Assembly: GCA_041165225.1 (NCBI GenBank)
Contig: JBEANW010000534.1
Location: 1 to 46,861 of the forward strand
Direction of reading: 5' to 3'
DNA: 46,861 bases
Source: Cyanobacteriota bacterium
Lineage (GTDB): Bacteria > Cyanobacteriota > Cyanobacteriia > Cyanobacteriales > Xenococcaceae
Part shown: positions 46,303 to 46,861 of the stretch, piece by piece
Numbering within the stretch: position 1 is the first letter of the stretch
Layout of the letters: the number at the start of each line of letters is the position of its first letter
The notes under the pieces: generated by a model
Told to the model about the DNA's origin: nothing
The model's database searches: none
Seen by the model: only the letters and a program-made list of their open reading frames with translations
Translations under genes and position numbers: made by a program

Positions 46303-46493
46303 AAGCTTACTTTGGTAACCACTTTTTTTTCGAGAACTCGCCCTTTAATGATCGTCGCGTCCTGGAAGTCCTGGGACTCCATTTGAAGGCGAAGTTCGCG
46401 CTTAGTCTTGGCATGTAGGATGCCGCCAGCAGTTACAGCTAGGAATCCAACATTAACTCTTTTCTTCGCGCCGGTAGTCTCAGCATCGCTCAT
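46299..46493 (-). CDS. Hypothetical protein (first gene after the origin region)
   Basis: GAGGAG RBS; ATGA-coupled to the next gene. Confidence 0.65.
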   Translation of the reverse strand: MSDAETTGAKKRVNVGFLAVTAGGILHAKTKRELRLQMESQDFQDATIIKGRVLEKKVVTKVSF

Positions 46494-46664
46494 CTAATCG
46501 CTCCTCAAAATTGTGTTGTATGTCTCCCAAAAAGATGACGTAGGGGAGCCATAAAGTCAAACTTTTTCGTCGTTTTATTTATTATAAAAGTTATGTTGGG
46601 AATTTATAGCAACATAATTTTAATAGATATAAATTTTACCCACTTTTAAACAAAAAAACTTTAG

Positions 46665-46736
46665 ACTACAAATCGCCGACGACATTGATTTGATTGAGTT
46701 ACTACACGTTTTTTTTCTTTGTAGTCGCGTTGTAGT
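46665..46736. repeat. ACTACA/TGTAGT iterons (left half of the putative origin)
   Basis: ACTACA at 46665 and 46701; TGTAGT at 46720 and 46731. Confidence 0.65.
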
Positions 46737-46740
46737 CTCT

Positions 46741-46861
46741 AATTCCCCAATGATTTCATAGGCTAGTCCTATAATAACTACAAAACTACATATATTTATA
46801 AATATATATATAAGGCTCTCTTTTTTTTCCTCTCTCCATAAAAAAAAGCCACTCTATGAGT
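46741..46861. repeat. Terminal direct repeat, right copy
   Basis: Identical to 1-121. Confidence 0.95.

Noticed and set aside
274-46493. Stop-codon reassignment
   Set aside because: Core genes are full-length under the standard code, TAA, TAG and TGA all end genes, and no suppressor tRNA was seen.
46741-46861. 121-bp repeat as a biological terminal repeat
   Set aside because: It cuts through a terminator hairpin and the iteron cluster, and its length is typical of an assembly k-mer overlap. Reads would be needed to claim real DTRs.

Overview
The window looks like one complete, circularly assembled tailed-phage genome of 46,740 bp: bases 1-121 are repeated exactly at 46741-46861. The gene order is siphovirus-like and almost entirely on the minus strand. 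Reading from right to left it has: small early genes (including an RyR-domain protein, a Cys-His 'HAW' papain/transglutaminase-like protein and an uncalled ribbon-helix-helix regulator); terS and terL; a portal-gpF fusion; a multidomain prohead protease/scaffold; the major capsid protein; an unusual 7-gene block of beta-rich proteins plus a permuted papain amidase; neck, tail terminator and tail tube; a G/GT chaperone with a -1 frameshift; a ~1890-aa tape measure protein; tail tip and fibre genes; a GT-A glycosyltransferase-like gene; and a separately bounded lysis/secreted-enzyme cassette (TM protein, amidase, exported lysozyme-like enzyme, exported C1A papain protease). The genome ends with a short plus-strand island (Lar-like, YqaJ) divergent from a Cro-like HTH, a Sak4/SSB/SF2 helicase/VRR-NUC/primase-helicase replication module, and an iteron-rich putative origin across the junction. 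I found no integrase, CI repressor, DNA polymerase, tRNA or CRISPR array. The most striking candidate system is the three-hydrolase export/lysis cassette, along with three unrelated papain-fold enzymes in one small genome. All calls come from motif recognition by eye; no searches were run and the host is unknown.
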